From: an uncultured Rivularia sp.
GTDB lineage: Bacteria; Cyanobacteriota; Cyanobacteriia; Cyanobacteriales; Nostocaceae
NCBI GenBank assembly: GCA_963665115.1
Contig: OY762007.1
Span: 2,240,001-2,304,000 of the forward strand
Reading direction: 5' to 3'
Length of the DNA stretch: 64,000 nucleotides
A program made the translations under genes and the position numbers. The first letter of the stretch is position 1, and each line of letters begins with the position of its first letter. A model generated the notes under the pieces. The model ran no database searches, was not told the DNA's origin, and saw nothing but the letters and a program-made list of their open reading frames with translations. This document shows, piece by piece, positions 1-10,744 of this stretch.

Positions 1-2
1 TT

Positions 3-614
3 TTATTAGGTTTGTTACTAGAAGGAGGAGGAGTAGCAATAAGAGTTTTGAAAGTTTTAGGAATTGACATTAATAATCTTCGTCAAAAAGTTTTAGAACA
101 AGTTGCGTCAGAGAAAATAGAACTCCAGCAAATCATAACTGCTGGAAATCAAGAATTATCAAAGCCAATTGATTTTACATCTGGTGCAATTAGCGCTCGT
201 TTTGTCAGTCTTTTATCTAGTTTAGTGGAGTTGCATCAATTAGGATATATAGTTACAAATACAGGATTTAAACTATCTAATGGAGATGTAATTGCGCCGC
301 ATATTTCATTTTATTCCAAAGAAAAACTCAAGCAAGTGCCTAGAATATATCCTGAATTATCACCTGATTTGGTAGTAGAAATTAAATCGGCATTTGAGCA
401 AGTTAATACCGTAACAAACAAAATATTTCAGTTTTTAGAAATGGGTATAGGTTCGGCTGTTTTAATTAATCCCGATCAGCGTAGTGTAAGTGTTTACATA
501 AATGAAGGGGATAAGAAAGACTCAGTTAATGTTTTGCAGGATGGAGATAAGCTAAGTTTACCTGAGTTGTTTCCTGATTGGGAGTTGGAAATATCCCAAT
601 TGTGGGTTACATAG
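3..614 (+). CDS. Clp N-terminal repeat domain fused to Uma2 (PD-(D/E)xK) endonuclease-like domain; 5'-truncated by window edge
   Basis: Frame is open from base 3. LLGLLLEGGGVAIRVLKVLGID is a typical Clp_N repeat end; SPDLVVEIKS and LSLPELFPDWEL are Uma2-like. Confidence 0.75.
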   Translation, partial: LLGLLLEGGGVAIRVLKVLGIDINNLRQKVLEQVASEKIELQQIITAGNQELSKPIDFTSGAISARFVSLLSSLVELHQLGYIVTNTGFKLSNGDVIAPHISFYSKEKLKQVPRIYPELSPDLVVEIKSAFEQVNTVTNKIFQFLEMGIGSAVLINPDQRSVSVYINEGDKKDSVNVLQDGDKLSLPELFPDWELEISQLWVT

Positions 615-684
615 TATTTCTGGTTTGCTATAACGGATTGGGAAATACAACCCAATAACTTGCATAACCGAAAAAACAATAACA

Positions 685-1612
685 ATGAAATCTTCTGCTG
701 CTGGAATTGCTTTATTAGCTACCTTGTTTTTATCTCAGGGTTGCTCATCTACCACGAAAACTGAAGATACATCTGAGAATCAACGTCAGGTACAATCTTT
801 ACCAGATAAAACTTCCCAAACTAAGCAGCCAGAATCAACGTCAACCTCTGGTAAGCAAAACACTGAAGAAAAAAAAGAAAAATTGCAGGCTAGCTCTCAA
901 TCTCAGAAAAATTCTACAGCTACTCAAGGTAAATTAGACATTCCTGAGAAAATTACACCAAATAAACCCGTTCCCGTTAAGGTTCAAATTCCAGCAACTG
1001 TAGCAAAAGCTAATAATAATGATGCTAAACCCCATCAAATGCAGATGGTTGTTGTGAGCAATGACTTAAGATTTTTCGATTTAGTTCAAGCTAGTTACAA
1101 AAATAATCAAAATATTGAAGTTAAGCCTAAATTTCCGGCTCCAGGTGAATATACCGTTTTTAGCGATTACAATCCATCTGGAGAAAAAGAACAAGTATCT
1201 GTAGAAAAAGTTTCTATTCCCGGTGAAGTTCCATTTCCTACAGAGTTAGAAAGTTATAGCAAAACAAAGACATTCGCCGATACAAAAATAGATTTGAATT
1301 TATCTCAACCTAATATCAAAGCTGGTAAAAAAGTAACTTTAAAGTTTGATTTGAAGCAAGCTAGCAATAACAAACCAATTAAAGACTTAAAACCGTATTT
1401 AGGTCAAAAAGCAAATCTAGTAGTGATCAAAAGTTCCTCTTCCCTGGGAGAAACTGATTATATCGATACTGAAACCATCAAAAAATCACCAAACAACCAG
1501 GTGCATTTTACAACCAAATTTCCCCAACCCGGAAACCTACAAACTTTGGCTGCAATTCAATCGCAACGGTAAAGTAAAAACCGCCGACTTCTGGGTAACG
1601 GTTAACAGTTAA
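685..1612 (+). CDS. Secreted lipoprotein (duplicated beta-sandwich, heavy-metal-binding-like family), +1 frameshift near 1534
   Basis: Lipobox LSQG-C; two FP(A/Q)PG(E/T)Y repeats. Removing one A of GGAAACC (1533-1535) gives ...FPQPGTYKLWLQFNRNGKVKTADFWVTVNS-stop at 1612. Confidence 0.65.
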
Positions 1613-1615
1613 CAG

Positions 1616-2569
1616 TTACTTCTTCTCCACGCCACTTGTTTTCAAAACATCGCTCATGGTGTCGCAGTAGTTTGGTAAGTTGAAGGTGCCGGGATTTGTT
1701 ATGTCGTCATAGCTAAAATGGCGATATTGCATACAGAATCTATCCCATGCAGCCATCTGAATGTTGAAGTTTTTAATTATTACATCTGCTAAGGATGGAG
1801 ATAGAGGGATGCGGAAGTGAATCTTTTTGTCCAAATAAGCGCAAATTTGTTCTATTGCTTGATTTGCGGTAATCTTTTCTTGTCCTAATACGTATTTTCT
1901 CGGTTCTTCTGCTTTGGGAGGGTTATCGATCAGATGTTTAACTACGGTAGCAATATCTTTTGCGTGGATGAAGTGAAAACTACCGTCTGCTTTCAAAAAG
2001 CGAATTAAATTAACATATTTCGTTACTTCGGGAATACCGGATGTTATTTGAGATAATGGTTTATTTTCATCACCACCTACAACTAATGTAGGGAACACTT
2101 TGGTTATTTTAGGTGCGATCGCCAGTTTGGAAAATCTCCGCAAGCAATCGAATTTGGAACGAATATAGTCTGTACCTAATTCCCCTGCTTCTTTAAGAGG
2201 TTGATTTTTGCTGTCTAAAACACTAGCTGTAGAGAAATAAATTACCTGTTCGCATTTTTCAACGTCTAACAGATTAAGTAATTCGATTGTTTTAACTACA
2301 TTAATATCAAAAGTTCCCGTACCACCCCAAGCGGTTGCTGTTAACACTGCTACATCTATAGTTTTGAGCAATTCAGCTAAATCCCCGATTTTTTGCATAT
2401 CACCTTGCAAAACATGGATACCGGGACGTACTAAGGTATCAATCTTTAATTTCTCTGGATTTCTTACTAACAAATACAGTTCGTGTTGGGTTTCTTCTAT
2501 CAGTAACTCACTGATGTAATGCCCTATACAGCCACTTGCACCAGTGACTAAAATCCGCTTCTGGTTCAT
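1616..2569 (-). CDS. NAD-dependent epimerase/dehydratase family protein
   Basis: ILVTGASGCIG Rossmann motif; YIRSK catalytic YxxxK; downstream of hemE. Confidence 0.85.
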   Translation of the reverse strand: MNQKRILVTGASGCIGHYISELLIEETQHELYLLVRNPEKLKIDTLVRPGIHVLQGDMQKIGDLAELLKTIDVAVLTATAWGGTGTFDINVVKTIELLNLLDVEKCEQVIYFSTASVLDSKNQPLKEAGELGTDYIRSKFDCLRRFSKLAIAPKITKVFPTLVVGGDENKPLSQITSGIPEVTKYVNLIRFLKADGSFHFIHAKDIATVVKHLIDNPPKAEEPRKYVLGQEKITANQAIEQICAYLDKKIHFRIPLSPSLADVIIKNFNIQMAAWDRFCMQYRHFSYDDITNPGTFNLPNYCDTMSDVLKTSGVEKK

Positions 2570-2675
2570 AGAATTGTTCTAAATTTTTATTGTTAGATGT
2601 TAGTAGTTATTTTTAACTTTTATACTCACAACTAACAACTACAACCAGATACCAAAAGTGTCGGGATGAAAAAAA

Positions 2676-2832
2676 GATGGGGGGATGGGGAGATGGGGGG
2701 ATAAGGAGATAGGGAGACAAGGGGACAAGGAGAAAATACAAAGTTAGGAGTTAAGAGTTAGGAGTTAGGATTTTTTTCTACCCCCTCTACCCCCTCTTCC
2801 CCCTCTTCCCCCTCTAACCAATGCCCCATTCC
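2676..2832. repeat. Short tandem repeat tract (GGGGAGAT / GGAGTTA / CCCCTCTT types)
   Basis: G-rich repeats followed by complementary C-rich repeats between hemE and the epimerase gene. Confidence 0.8.
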
Positions 2833-3909
2833 CTATTTCGCAGCAGTTAAGATTTCGCTTTTAGTCATATCCAACTGTTTGGCGGTTTCAAAGAAGAATG
2901 CAACATTTTCTTCTGGTGTGGTGGGTAAAACACCGTGTCCAAGGTTGAGAATGTGACCCCAATTTCCGGCTTTGCGAACTGTATCGTGAATGCGATCGCG
3001 AATAAATTCTTTGGAACCAAAAAGTACTCCTGGATCGAGATTTCCCTGTACTTTCATTTCTTTACCCAATCTTCGCCGCGCATCTGCCATGTCTACCGTC
3101 CAATCTACGTTGACGATATCGGCTCCGGATTGACTCATTCTTTCTAATAAACCCGCGCTGCCGCTGACTAAAAGAATTAATGGTGTATCTGGATGGGTTT
3201 GCTTTACTTGCTCGAAGACTCTTTTTTGATAAGGTAAAGCGAAGGTTTCGTAATCTTGGGGACTCAATTGACCTGCCCAAGAATCAAACATTTGTACTAT
3301 TTGAGCGCCGCAGTCAATTTGATAGCGGACGTAAGTAGCTATGGAATCGGATAATTTTGCTAGTAGTTGGTGCAGAATGGCTGGTTCTGAAAAAGCCATA
3401 TTTTTAATGATGGAATAGGTTTTTGAACCTTTTCCTTCTACTGCATAAGCTGCTAAAGTCCAAGGCGCACCAACAAAACCCAGTACAGTTGATTGATTGC
3501 CTACTTCGTCTCGCAACGCTTGCAAAATTGTTTTTATAAATGGCAAAGATTCGTCTGGTTGCAAGGGATACAAGCTATCTACTTGTTCTTGAGTGCGAAT
3601 AGGATTTTCAATAATGGGACCTTTTCCTTCGGCAACATCCATATCAATACCGATACCGGGTAAAGGAGTAACGATATCGGAAAAGAGAATTACGCCATCA
3701 GGTTGAAAAGCTTTCCAAGGTTGTAGGGAAACTTCAATTGCCACTTCGGGAATTTCCGAACGCTGGCGAAAAGAAGGGTATTTTTCCCTCAAGTCGCGAT
3801 AAGCTTTCATATATCGTCCAGCTTGTCGCATCATCCATACAGGGGGACGGTTTACAATTTCACCGCGAGCTGCTCGGAGCAAGTGAGGCGTTCCTGAAGT
3901 TACACCCAT
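2833..3909 (-). CDS. hemE: Uroporphyrinogen decarboxylase
   Basis: [33 protein letters not shown] and NLGHG signatures. Confidence 0.97.
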   Translation of the reverse strand: MGVTSGTPHLLRAARGEIVNRPPVWMMRQAGRYMKAYRDLREKYPSFRQRSEIPEVAIEVSLQPWKAFQPDGVILFSDIVTPLPGIGIDMDVAEGKGPIIENPIRTQEQVDSLYPLQPDESLPFIKTILQALRDEVGNQSTVLGFVGAPWTLAAYAVEGKGSKTYSIIKNMAFSEPAILHQLLAKLSDSIATYVRYQIDCGAQIVQMFDSWAGQLSPQDYETFALPYQKRVFEQVKQTHPDTPLILLVSGSAGLLERMSQSGADIVNVDWTVDMADARRRLGKEMKVQGNLDPGVLFGSKEFIRDRIHDTVRKAGNWGHILNLGHGVLPTTPEENVAFFFETAKQLDMTKSEILTAAK

Positions 3910-4482
3910 ATATTAATTCATCCTAAATAACTAATTTATTTAACCTATGATTTATCAGATTATCATTCTTTGATTCTGCTTTTTCGGAATATTTGTTGCA
4001 AAATATTAAGCTGTCAAGCATATGTTTTACAATTCCGAAATTCCGATATTTTTTTTCAAAGTCAACTTTGAGAAGACTTGTAAAATAGAAGATGCTTTAA
4101 TTCTTTTACCCTAGCTAAATGATATTTTTGCGGAATCGTCAATTCATTAGCTGGTGTTGCAGTTATTAACTTGATTTAACAATTAATAACTTATATTAAG
4201 GATTATAATCAATTTTACGTTTTTTGATACTTAATTTAATTAATAAATCTGTATAATTTATAGTTTTTGTAGATAATTATTAGAGTCTTTTAGTATTGAT
4301 TAAATAATTTATTTAAATGAGAATTTATGGTTTTCTGACGGGTCATTTATTGCCAAGGAATAATGATTTTAAACAAATTAGTCATTACGTAACTAGCGAA
4401 TTTCTTTTGTAGCTTGTAGTCTCACGCACCAACCACCAATTGTGACACTTGCTGCCATTCACAATTTTATGATAATCAAAAG

Positions 4483-5193
4483 GTGCTGAAATTGAATAAT
4501 ACTTTTGACAACCTAGTTGTAGTTGGTGCTAGTCGAGGAATAGGTGCTGCTGTAGCAGAGCATTTAGTTTCTCGTACCAATCGACTAATTTCAGTTTCCC
4601 GCTCTGCTCCACCTTTTGGTGAATGGGTAAAAGCGGATATCAGTACAAAGCAGGGAATTGAAATTGTTCGCAATGCTGTAGGTAATTGCGTGCTTGACGG
4701 TTTACTTTATATGGGTGGAACCTGGGAAAACAAAGCATTTACTCAAGGGTATTCTTTTGAAAAATGTTCTGATGAAGATATTGAAAATGTTTTAATGGTA
4801 AATCTTTTAGCTCCAATTCGTTTAACTAAATCTTTGTTACCCACTCTTCGCCAATCTTCCAACCCAAAGATTATATTTATGGGTGCTTTATCTGGACTAG
4901 ATAACTTTCCTGCAAGAGAAGTCGCAAATTCTGCTTCTAAATTTGGGTTGAGGGGTGTAGTTCATGCGCTTCGAGAAGAATTACGTCAAGATAGAATTGC
5001 AGTCACAATTATTAATCCTGGAAATATCGGTACTCCAGAAGTGTTATCCGATTTGAGGGAAGTTGGGAAATCCGAAGAAAACGCAATACCTCTTCAAGAC
5101 ATTTTGCAAGTTATTGACTGCGTACTTTCATTATCTCGTTCAAGCTGTATTAAAGAAATTCAAATTCCAGCTATGAACGGAGAAGGAGCTTGA
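4483..5193 (+). CDS. Short-chain dehydrogenase/reductase
   Basis: VVGASRGIG Rossmann motif and NPG; catalytic motif reads NSASK instead of YxxxK. Confidence 0.85.
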   Translation: MLKLNNTFDNLVVVGASRGIGAAVAEHLVSRTNRLISVSRSAPPFGEWVKADISTKQGIEIVRNAVGNCVLDGLLYMGGTWENKAFTQGYSFEKCSDEDIENVLMVNLLAPIRLTKSLLPTLRQSSNPKIIFMGALSGLDNFPAREVANSASKFGLRGVVHALREELRQDRIAVTIINPGNIGTPEVLSDLREVGKSEENAIPLQDILQVIDCVLSLSRSSCIKEIQIPAMNGEGA

Positions 5194-5268
5194 ATTGTTG
5201 TCAAAACAAGAAATATGTGATAGCAAAGTTATATATTAATTAAATCAAAATTAACTAAAAATAATCCG

Positions 5269-5340
5269 TCGTTTTTCCCTAATTTCCGGAAAGGCGATAA
5301 GCCACAATCACCAGAGACGCGGCTGCTGAACCCATGTCTC
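5269..5340 (+). promoter_or_regulatory. Two GC-richer hairpins upstream of rtcB (putative structured leader or small RNA)
   Basis: TCGTTTTTCC(5269-5278)/GGAAAGGCGA(5288-5297) and GAGACGCGG(5314-5322)/CCATGTCTC(5332-5340), both with G-U pairs. Confidence 0.4.
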
Positions 5341-5388
5341 GCTAAAACCTTCACAACAACAAGTTAAAAAAAAGACTTGCAAAAATTC

Positions 5389-6831
5389 ATGCAGCCAAAA
5401 AATTTAAAGCGTCTCTTGCGTGCTTTGTCGCGGCAAGGAATGGAAGTCACTTACAATAATTCAACTTATTCGGTTGGGTTGAGTAATAATACTAATGCCC
5501 CAGTTGCACAAGTTTTATTACCTGAAAGTTTTCCTGTAGAAGCAAAAGCTCTCAAACAGTTAGCGAATCTTGCGAATGTTCGTCATCCTGCGGGTGGCTC
5601 TGTTTGCAAATGTCATGCTACACCGGATTTTCATCCAGGTGATTCCGGAATTGCGATCGGCTCGGTAGTGCAAACTGAAAATATAGTGATTCCTGCGGCA
5701 ACAGGTTCGGATATTAACTGCGGAATGCGTCTGCACGTTGCCGATTTGACTGTCGATCAATTTTTAGCAAAGCGGAATCAATTTGTAGAGTTGATGAAAG
5801 GCGATTACTTTTTCGGTACTCGCGATGTCACCATGTCTGGTAAAGCTATGCAAGCTTTATTTGAATATGGGGTTCCCGGTTGGTTAGATGCGATGTTGGA
5901 TTCAGCTACCGGAAGTGTGGCGAAATCTAATTTAGATCAGTTAGCAGAAGAAAATGACAATATTTTTCTGAATGGCTCGATGGATGGTAATTGGCGACTT
6001 GCACCTCCGGAATTAGTACCCGATGAAGGGTTCGTGCGCGATGGTGGGTTGGCAACTATCGGTGGTGGAAACCATTTTGTAGAAATTCAGCGCGTCGATA
6101 AAATTGAAAATTCGGCTTTGGCTTACGCTTGGGGAATCAAAGAAGGACAACTTGCCTTTATGATTCATTCCGGCTCCCGTCATGTTGGTAAATATATTGG
6201 CGGAATGTGGCGAGATAAGGCTGTTGCGGCTTGGCAACCGGGAGTTAAATATCCTGTTGGAAAAATATTTCCGCTTTCAGTAAATTCTCATCCCGAATTA
6301 GTTGCTGGTTATTTGCAAGCTGAAGCGACTGCTGCAAACTATGGTTTTATCAACCGTTTGCTGTTAGCTGAATTACTGCGTTTGCGGTTACGGGAAGTTT
6401 ATGGAGATGTGGAAGCGCCTTTAATTTACGATTTGCCACACAATATTACATTGCCAGCAACTGAGAAAAGCTGGATAACTCGTAAAGGTGCTTGCCCTGC
6501 CCATCGAGAACAACCCGTAATTATTCCCGGCTCAATGGGTGCTTATTCTTACTTATGCGTCGGAAAAGGTAATAATAATTTTTCTAATTCTGCTTCTCAT
6601 GGTGCCGGAAGATTGCGTAGTCGATTTGACCTCAATCGTGAAGGTGCATTGGAAACTGAGGAAGAATTAGGATTAACCGGAGTTGACTGCATTACTTTGC
6701 GTGAAGAAAGACGGATTGAAGAAGCACCTGCTGCTTATAAACCAATTCAGTCGGTAATTGACGTGCAGGTGGAAGCAGGAATTATTGATGTTGTAGCGCG
6801 GTTGAGTCCAATTTTGACTTTTAAAGCTTAA
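5389..6831 (+). CDS. rtcB: RtcB family RNA ligase (alternative TTG start at 5377)
   Basis: PDFH, GSDINCG, GGGNHFVE, HSGSR, RKGA, IPGSMG, SASHGAGR and EEAPAAYK motifs. Confidence 0.92.
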   Translation: MQPKNLKRLLRALSRQGMEVTYNNSTYSVGLSNNTNAPVAQVLLPESFPVEAKALKQLANLANVRHPAGGSVCKCHATPDFHPGDSGIAIGSVVQTENIVIPAATGSDINCGMRLHVADLTVDQFLAKRNQFVELMKGDYFFGTRDVTMSGKAMQALFEYGVPGWLDAMLDSATGSVAKSNLDQLAEENDNIFLNGSMDGNWRLAPPELVPDEGFVRDGGLATIGGGNHFVEIQRVDKIENSALAYAWGIKEGQLAFMIHSGSRHVGKYIGGMWRDKAVAAWQPGVKYPVGKIFPLSVNSHPELVAGYLQAEATAANYGFINRLLLAELLRLRLREVYGDVEAPLIYDLPHNITLPATEKSWITRKGACPAHREQPVIIPGSMGAYSYLCVGKGNNNFSNSASHGAGRLRSRFDLNREGALETEEELGLTGVDCITLREERRIEEAPAAYKPIQSVIDVQVEAGIIDVVARLSPILTFKA

Positions 6832-6902
6832 AAGGTTTGTAGTAAGTAGCTCTAGACCTTTTATGCCTTGATTTAAGGACTAAAGTCCTTACTACGAACC
6901 TT
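6832..6902. repeat. REP-like inverted repeat (GTTYGTAGTA...TACTACRAAC family)
   Basis: AAGGTTTGTAGTAAG ... CTTACTACGAACCTT just after the rtcB stop. Confidence 0.75.
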
Positions 6903-7139
6903 AGTGTATTAAAATACTTGTATCTATTTAAATTTAGATATTAGTGACAGTAACAAATTAAATATATTCTTCCTTACTTTAGTATCTTTAAGCTTATGGC
7001 TACCAGCAATAATTATAGATTTTGCTAACTTAGAACTTGCACAAATTATTGTTTGGATAGCTGCTTTAAGGCATATTTTAATTCAAGGTAGACGCGAGAA
7101 TTCTTATTCATAAATATGGTTTTTTTACGCCCTGACCAA

Positions 7140-7230
7140 CTCCCAACTTTCTACTTTCTACTTTCTACTCCCAACTTTCTACTTTCTACTTTCTACTCCC
7201 TACTCCCTACTCCCTACTCCCTACTCCCTA
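7140..7230. repeat. Heptamer tandem repeats (TTCTACT / CCCTACT)
   Basis: Direct reading; overlaps the 3' end of the phosphoesterase gene. Confidence 0.9.
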
Positions 7231-8086
7231 ATATAAATACCGTTATTTCTGGGCGCGAACCAAATCGTAAATGCAGTTTGGTCATACCTAAACCCCGATT
7301 AGTATATTCAAACATTTTTCCTATCTTATAAAGACCTACATAATATTTTTGACCTAAACCTGGTAATAATGGCGGTTCTAAAAAAGGTAAACGAATTTGT
7401 CCTGCATGAGAATGTCCTGACAATTGCAAATCAAACCGATTTGTTGCAGCACTAGTATCTGCAAAATCTGGCTCGTGTGCGAGTAAAATAGCTGCGCCTT
7501 CTGGAGGTAATTGTTGTAATACTAAATCTAAACGGTCTTTACCCATCCAAACATCATCTACACCCGCAATATTAAGTATGGCATTACCTCTTTTTAGGGT
7601 ATAAACTTTATTATCAAGATTTAGTACATTAGTTTTTTCTAGAACTTCAGCAATTTTGCTTGCATTTGCCCAGTAATCATGATTTCCTAATACTCCTACT
7701 ACCTTATCTGAAGCATTAAGTTGACCTAAAGTAGCCTCTAGTTTAGGAAGAAATTTCATTTGACGACGAGTCACAAAATCTCCTGTAATCGCAATTAAAT
7801 CTGGTTTTTGTTGATTTACAAGCCGGAAGATATGATTTAAACGCCGTTTTTTGCTTTGTTTGTCAACATGAATATCACTGATTTGCACAATCCGATAGCC
7901 ATTGAATTCCGATGCTAAATTTGGTAAATTTAGTCGCACGTAATTGATATCAATCCAGTTAGGTTCAATAAAGTGGGCGTATAATAAAGTGCAAATGATA
8001 GTGGTAAAAATAAATTTTGCTAGTCTTGAGAGGAAAAATTTAGCTCTAAAAAGCAACTTGTGAATTTCCATCCCTACATTTTCCAT
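7214..8086 (-). CDS. Metallophosphoesterase (YkuE/YaeI-like)
   Basis: SDIH, TGDF, LGNHD, LAHEP and SGHSHAGQ calcineurin-like motifs; N-terminal TM segment. Confidence 0.92.
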   Translation of the reverse strand: MENVGMEIHKLLFRAKFFLSRLAKFIFTTIICTLLYAHFIEPNWIDINYVRLNLPNLASEFNGYRIVQISDIHVDKQSKKRRLNHIFRLVNQQKPDLIAITGDFVTRRQMKFLPKLEATLGQLNASDKVVGVLGNHDYWANASKIAEVLEKTNVLNLDNKVYTLKRGNAILNIAGVDDVWMGKDRLDLVLQQLPPEGAAILLAHEPDFADTSAATNRFDLQLSGHSHAGQIRLPFLEPPLLPGLGQKYYVGLYKIGKMFEYTNRGLGMTKLHLRFGSRPEITVFILGSRE

Positions 8087-8188
8087 TTTTAATAATCAAT
8101 TCCTTAATCTGTAAGTACCAGAATTTTGAATTTGTTTCACCCATATAGTTACAATATTAGTTTGGAGCTTCAGGAGCATCCTTAATTT

Positions 8189-9562
8189 ATGAGTCTTCCT
8201 ATAGTAGCCATTATTGGCCGCCCAAACGTGGGCAAATCAACAATAGTCAATCGTTTAGCAAAACAGCAGTCAGCGATTGTTCACGATGAACCCGGAGTCA
8301 CCCGAGACAGAACTTACCTAAATGCATTTTGGCGCGATCGCGAATTTATGGTGGTTGATACGGGTGGTTTGATCTTTAATGACGATACAGAATTTTTGCC
8401 GTTAATTCGTCAGCAAGCAATGATAGCTTTAGCTGAAGCTAGTGCGGCTATTTTTGTTGTCGATGGACAAACTGGCGCTACACCGGCAGATCAGGAAATT
8501 GCTGAGTGGTTGCGGCTTCAATCGGTTCCCGTATTACTTGCGGTTAACAAATGCGAGTCTCCAGATATGGGATTGGTTCAAGCCGCTGATTTTTGGCAGT
8601 TGGGATTGGGTGAACCTTATCCGATGTCGGGAATTCACGGTAACGGTACGGGAGAGTTATTAGATGAATTAATTAATCATCTTCCTCCAGCTTCAGAAAT
8701 TACCGAAGATGAAGAAATTAAAATTGCCATCATTGGACGACCAAATGTTGGTAAATCAAGTTTACTAAACTCTTTTGCTGGTGAAGAAAGAGCAATTGTT
8801 AGTCCAATTTCCGGTACTACTCGCGATGCGATCGATACTTTTATTAAACAAGACGAACAAGTTTATCGATTAATTGATACGGCTGGGATTAGAAAAAAGA
8901 AAAACATTGATTACGGTACCGAATTTTTTAGTATTAACCGTGCTTTTAAAGCAATTCGTCGTTCGGATGTGGTTTTATTTGTAGTAGATGCCCTTGATGG
9001 TGTTACCGATCAAGATCAGAAATTAGCTGGCAGAATAATTGAAGAAGGTAGAGCTTGTATAACAGTTGTAAACAAATGGGATGCTTACGAAAAAGATTCC
9101 TATAGTGTTTATGACTATCAAAAGTATTTATCAGGTAGACTTCATTTTTCCGAATGGTCGGAAACCATTTTTGTTAGTGCTTTGACAGGACAGCGCGTAC
9201 TCAAAATTCTTGATCTAGTCAAAGAAGCAATTGAACAGCATAGACGGCGGGTAAGTACTTCAGTAATTAACGAAGTTTTAGAAGATGCAGTTCGCTGGCA
9301 TTCACCACCCGCAAGTCGTAGTGGAAAACAAGGAAGAATTTATTACGGAACTCAAGTTACTACCGAACCACCTACCATTGCTTTATTCGTCAACGAAGCC
9401 AAACGTTTCAACGATAATTACCGTCGCTATATCGAACGTCAATTTCGAGAACAATTAGGTTTTAAAGGTACTCCAATTCGTCTTATATGGAGAAGCAAAA
9501 AGGTTCGCGACATGGAAAGTAATGTCAAAGCCAACAGAGCTACTAAAGTTTGGTCAAATTAA
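8189..9562 (+). CDS. der: Ribosome biogenesis GTPase Der (EngA)
   Basis: Two GRPNVGKS P-loops, DTGG/DTAG and NKCE/NKWD; C-terminal KH-like domain. Confidence 0.97.
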   Translation: MSLPIVAIIGRPNVGKSTIVNRLAKQQSAIVHDEPGVTRDRTYLNAFWRDREFMVVDTGGLIFNDDTEFLPLIRQQAMIALAEASAAIFVVDGQTGATPADQEIAEWLRLQSVPVLLAVNKCESPDMGLVQAADFWQLGLGEPYPMSGIHGNGTGELLDELINHLPPASEITEDEEIKIAIIGRPNVGKSSLLNSFAGEERAIVSPISGTTRDAIDTFIKQDEQVYRLIDTAGIRKKKNIDYGTEFFSINRAFKAIRRSDVVLFVVDALDGVTDQDQKLAGRIIEEGRACITVVNKWDAYEKDSYSVYDYQKYLSGRLHFSEWSETIFVSALTGQRVLKILDLVKEAIEQHRRRVSTSVINEVLEDAVRWHSPPASRSGKQGRIYYGTQVTTEPPTIALFVNEAKRFNDNYRRYIERQFREQLGFKGTPIRLIWRSKKVRDMESNVKANRATKVWSN

Positions 9563-9566
9563 GACA

Positions 9567-9786
9567 GGTTAAAGGTTAAAGGTCAAAGGTTAAAGGTCAA
9601 AGGTCAAAGGTTAAAGGTTAAAGGTTAAAATTTTTAACCCTAATTCCTAACTTATAGCTTCTAACTCCTAACTCCTAACTCCTAACTCCTAACTCATAAC
9701 TCCCTACTCCCTACTTCCTACTCCTAACTCCCTACTCCCTACTCCCTACTCCCTACTCCCTACTCCTAACTCCCTACTCCCTACTC
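9567..9786. repeat. Heptamer tandem repeats (AAAGGTT/C, CCTAACT, CCCTACT)
   Basis: Direct reading between der and ecfT. Confidence 0.9.
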
Positions 9787-9800
9787 TCAACTATTCTTAA

Positions 9801-10730
9801 ATGGATTTATTACGTTCTTTACCACTGGGACTTTATTTAGAGCAACCTATTACTTGGCTACATAAACTCGATTCGCGAGTTAAGTTTGTATGGTTAATGA
9901 GTTTTTTAAGTACTTATATTTTTGCTAATACTGGGTGGCGTGTAATATTAGTATTTGTGCTGATTTTTATCACGTTAATATCCGGAATTCCTCGGAGAGT
10001 ATGGCGGCAGCAAATGGGTTATTTATTATCAGTTTGCTTATTAGTTTTAACTATTGCATCTCTAAGTCCTGATGGGATGGGTATTGATTATCAACCACGT
10101 TTACCTGCAAATACACAAGTTGTAAACGTGCCATCGACTCAGAATAGTTCTAAGAATCCGATTCTATCAATATTTGACCCCCAAGAATATAATTATGTAT
10201 TGTTTGCTAGAGGGCCTGTAAAAATAACTCGACATTCCTTCGATCTAGCAGTTCGTTTAAGCACTATTTTTTTTACAGTTCTATATAGTACTACCTTATA
10301 TTTACTAACAACTGCACCAGAAGAAATTACTGCTGGTATAGAAAGTTTGATGCAGCCCTTGAGGCGATTTAAAGTACCAGTTACTGAAATCGCTTTAACA
10401 TTAACATTGTCTTTACGCTTTATTCCTTTAGTTTTAGAAGAAATCCAAAATTTAATTCGCTCGGTAATGACTAGGGCAATTAATTGGAAAAAATTAGGAT
10501 TGAAAGGAGTAGTTAAAGTTTGGATGATGATTGCAGAGCGATTGCTGCAAAATTTACTTTTACGTGCCGAACAAATGGCTAATGGTATTGTGGTAAGAGG
10601 TTTTATTGGCCCTAACAAACACCGAGTTCAGTGGCATAACTTAAGTTTAAAACGTTTTGACTGGTTGGCAATTTTTGTATTAATTCTATTTTGGGGAATG
10701 CGGTTTGCTATCGGAAATCAGGTTAAGTGA
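9801..10730 (+). CDS. ecfT: Energy-coupling factor transporter transmembrane component T (CbiQ family)
   Basis: WLHKLDSRVKF, LLTTAPEEI and LSLRFIP motifs; multiple TM helices; conserved position after der in cyanobacteria. Confidence 0.85.
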   Translation: MDLLRSLPLGLYLEQPITWLHKLDSRVKFVWLMSFLSTYIFANTGWRVILVFVLIFITLISGIPRRVWRQQMGYLLSVCLLVLTIASLSPDGMGIDYQPRLPANTQVVNVPSTQNSSKNPILSIFDPQEYNYVLFARGPVKITRHSFDLAVRLSTIFFTVLYSTTLYLLTTAPEEITAGIESLMQPLRRFKVPVTEIALTLTLSLRFIPLVLEEIQNLIRSVMTRAINWKKLGLKGVVKVWMMIAERLLQNLLLRAEQMANGIVVRGFIGPNKHRVQWHNLSLKRFDWLAIFVLILFWGMRFAIGNQVK

Positions 10731-10744
10731 TAGTTGATGGTTGT

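Noticed and set aside
9567..9786. Possible CRISPR array in the regular repeat tracts (also 57160-57315, 63630-63730)
   Set aside because: Units are contiguous 7-mers without unique spacers; no cas genes.
10193..10618. Long antisense ORFs (also 57486-57929, 60702-61169, 54972-55355, 24564-24881, 43885-44226)
   Set aside because: Shadows of better-supported genes on the opposite strand.
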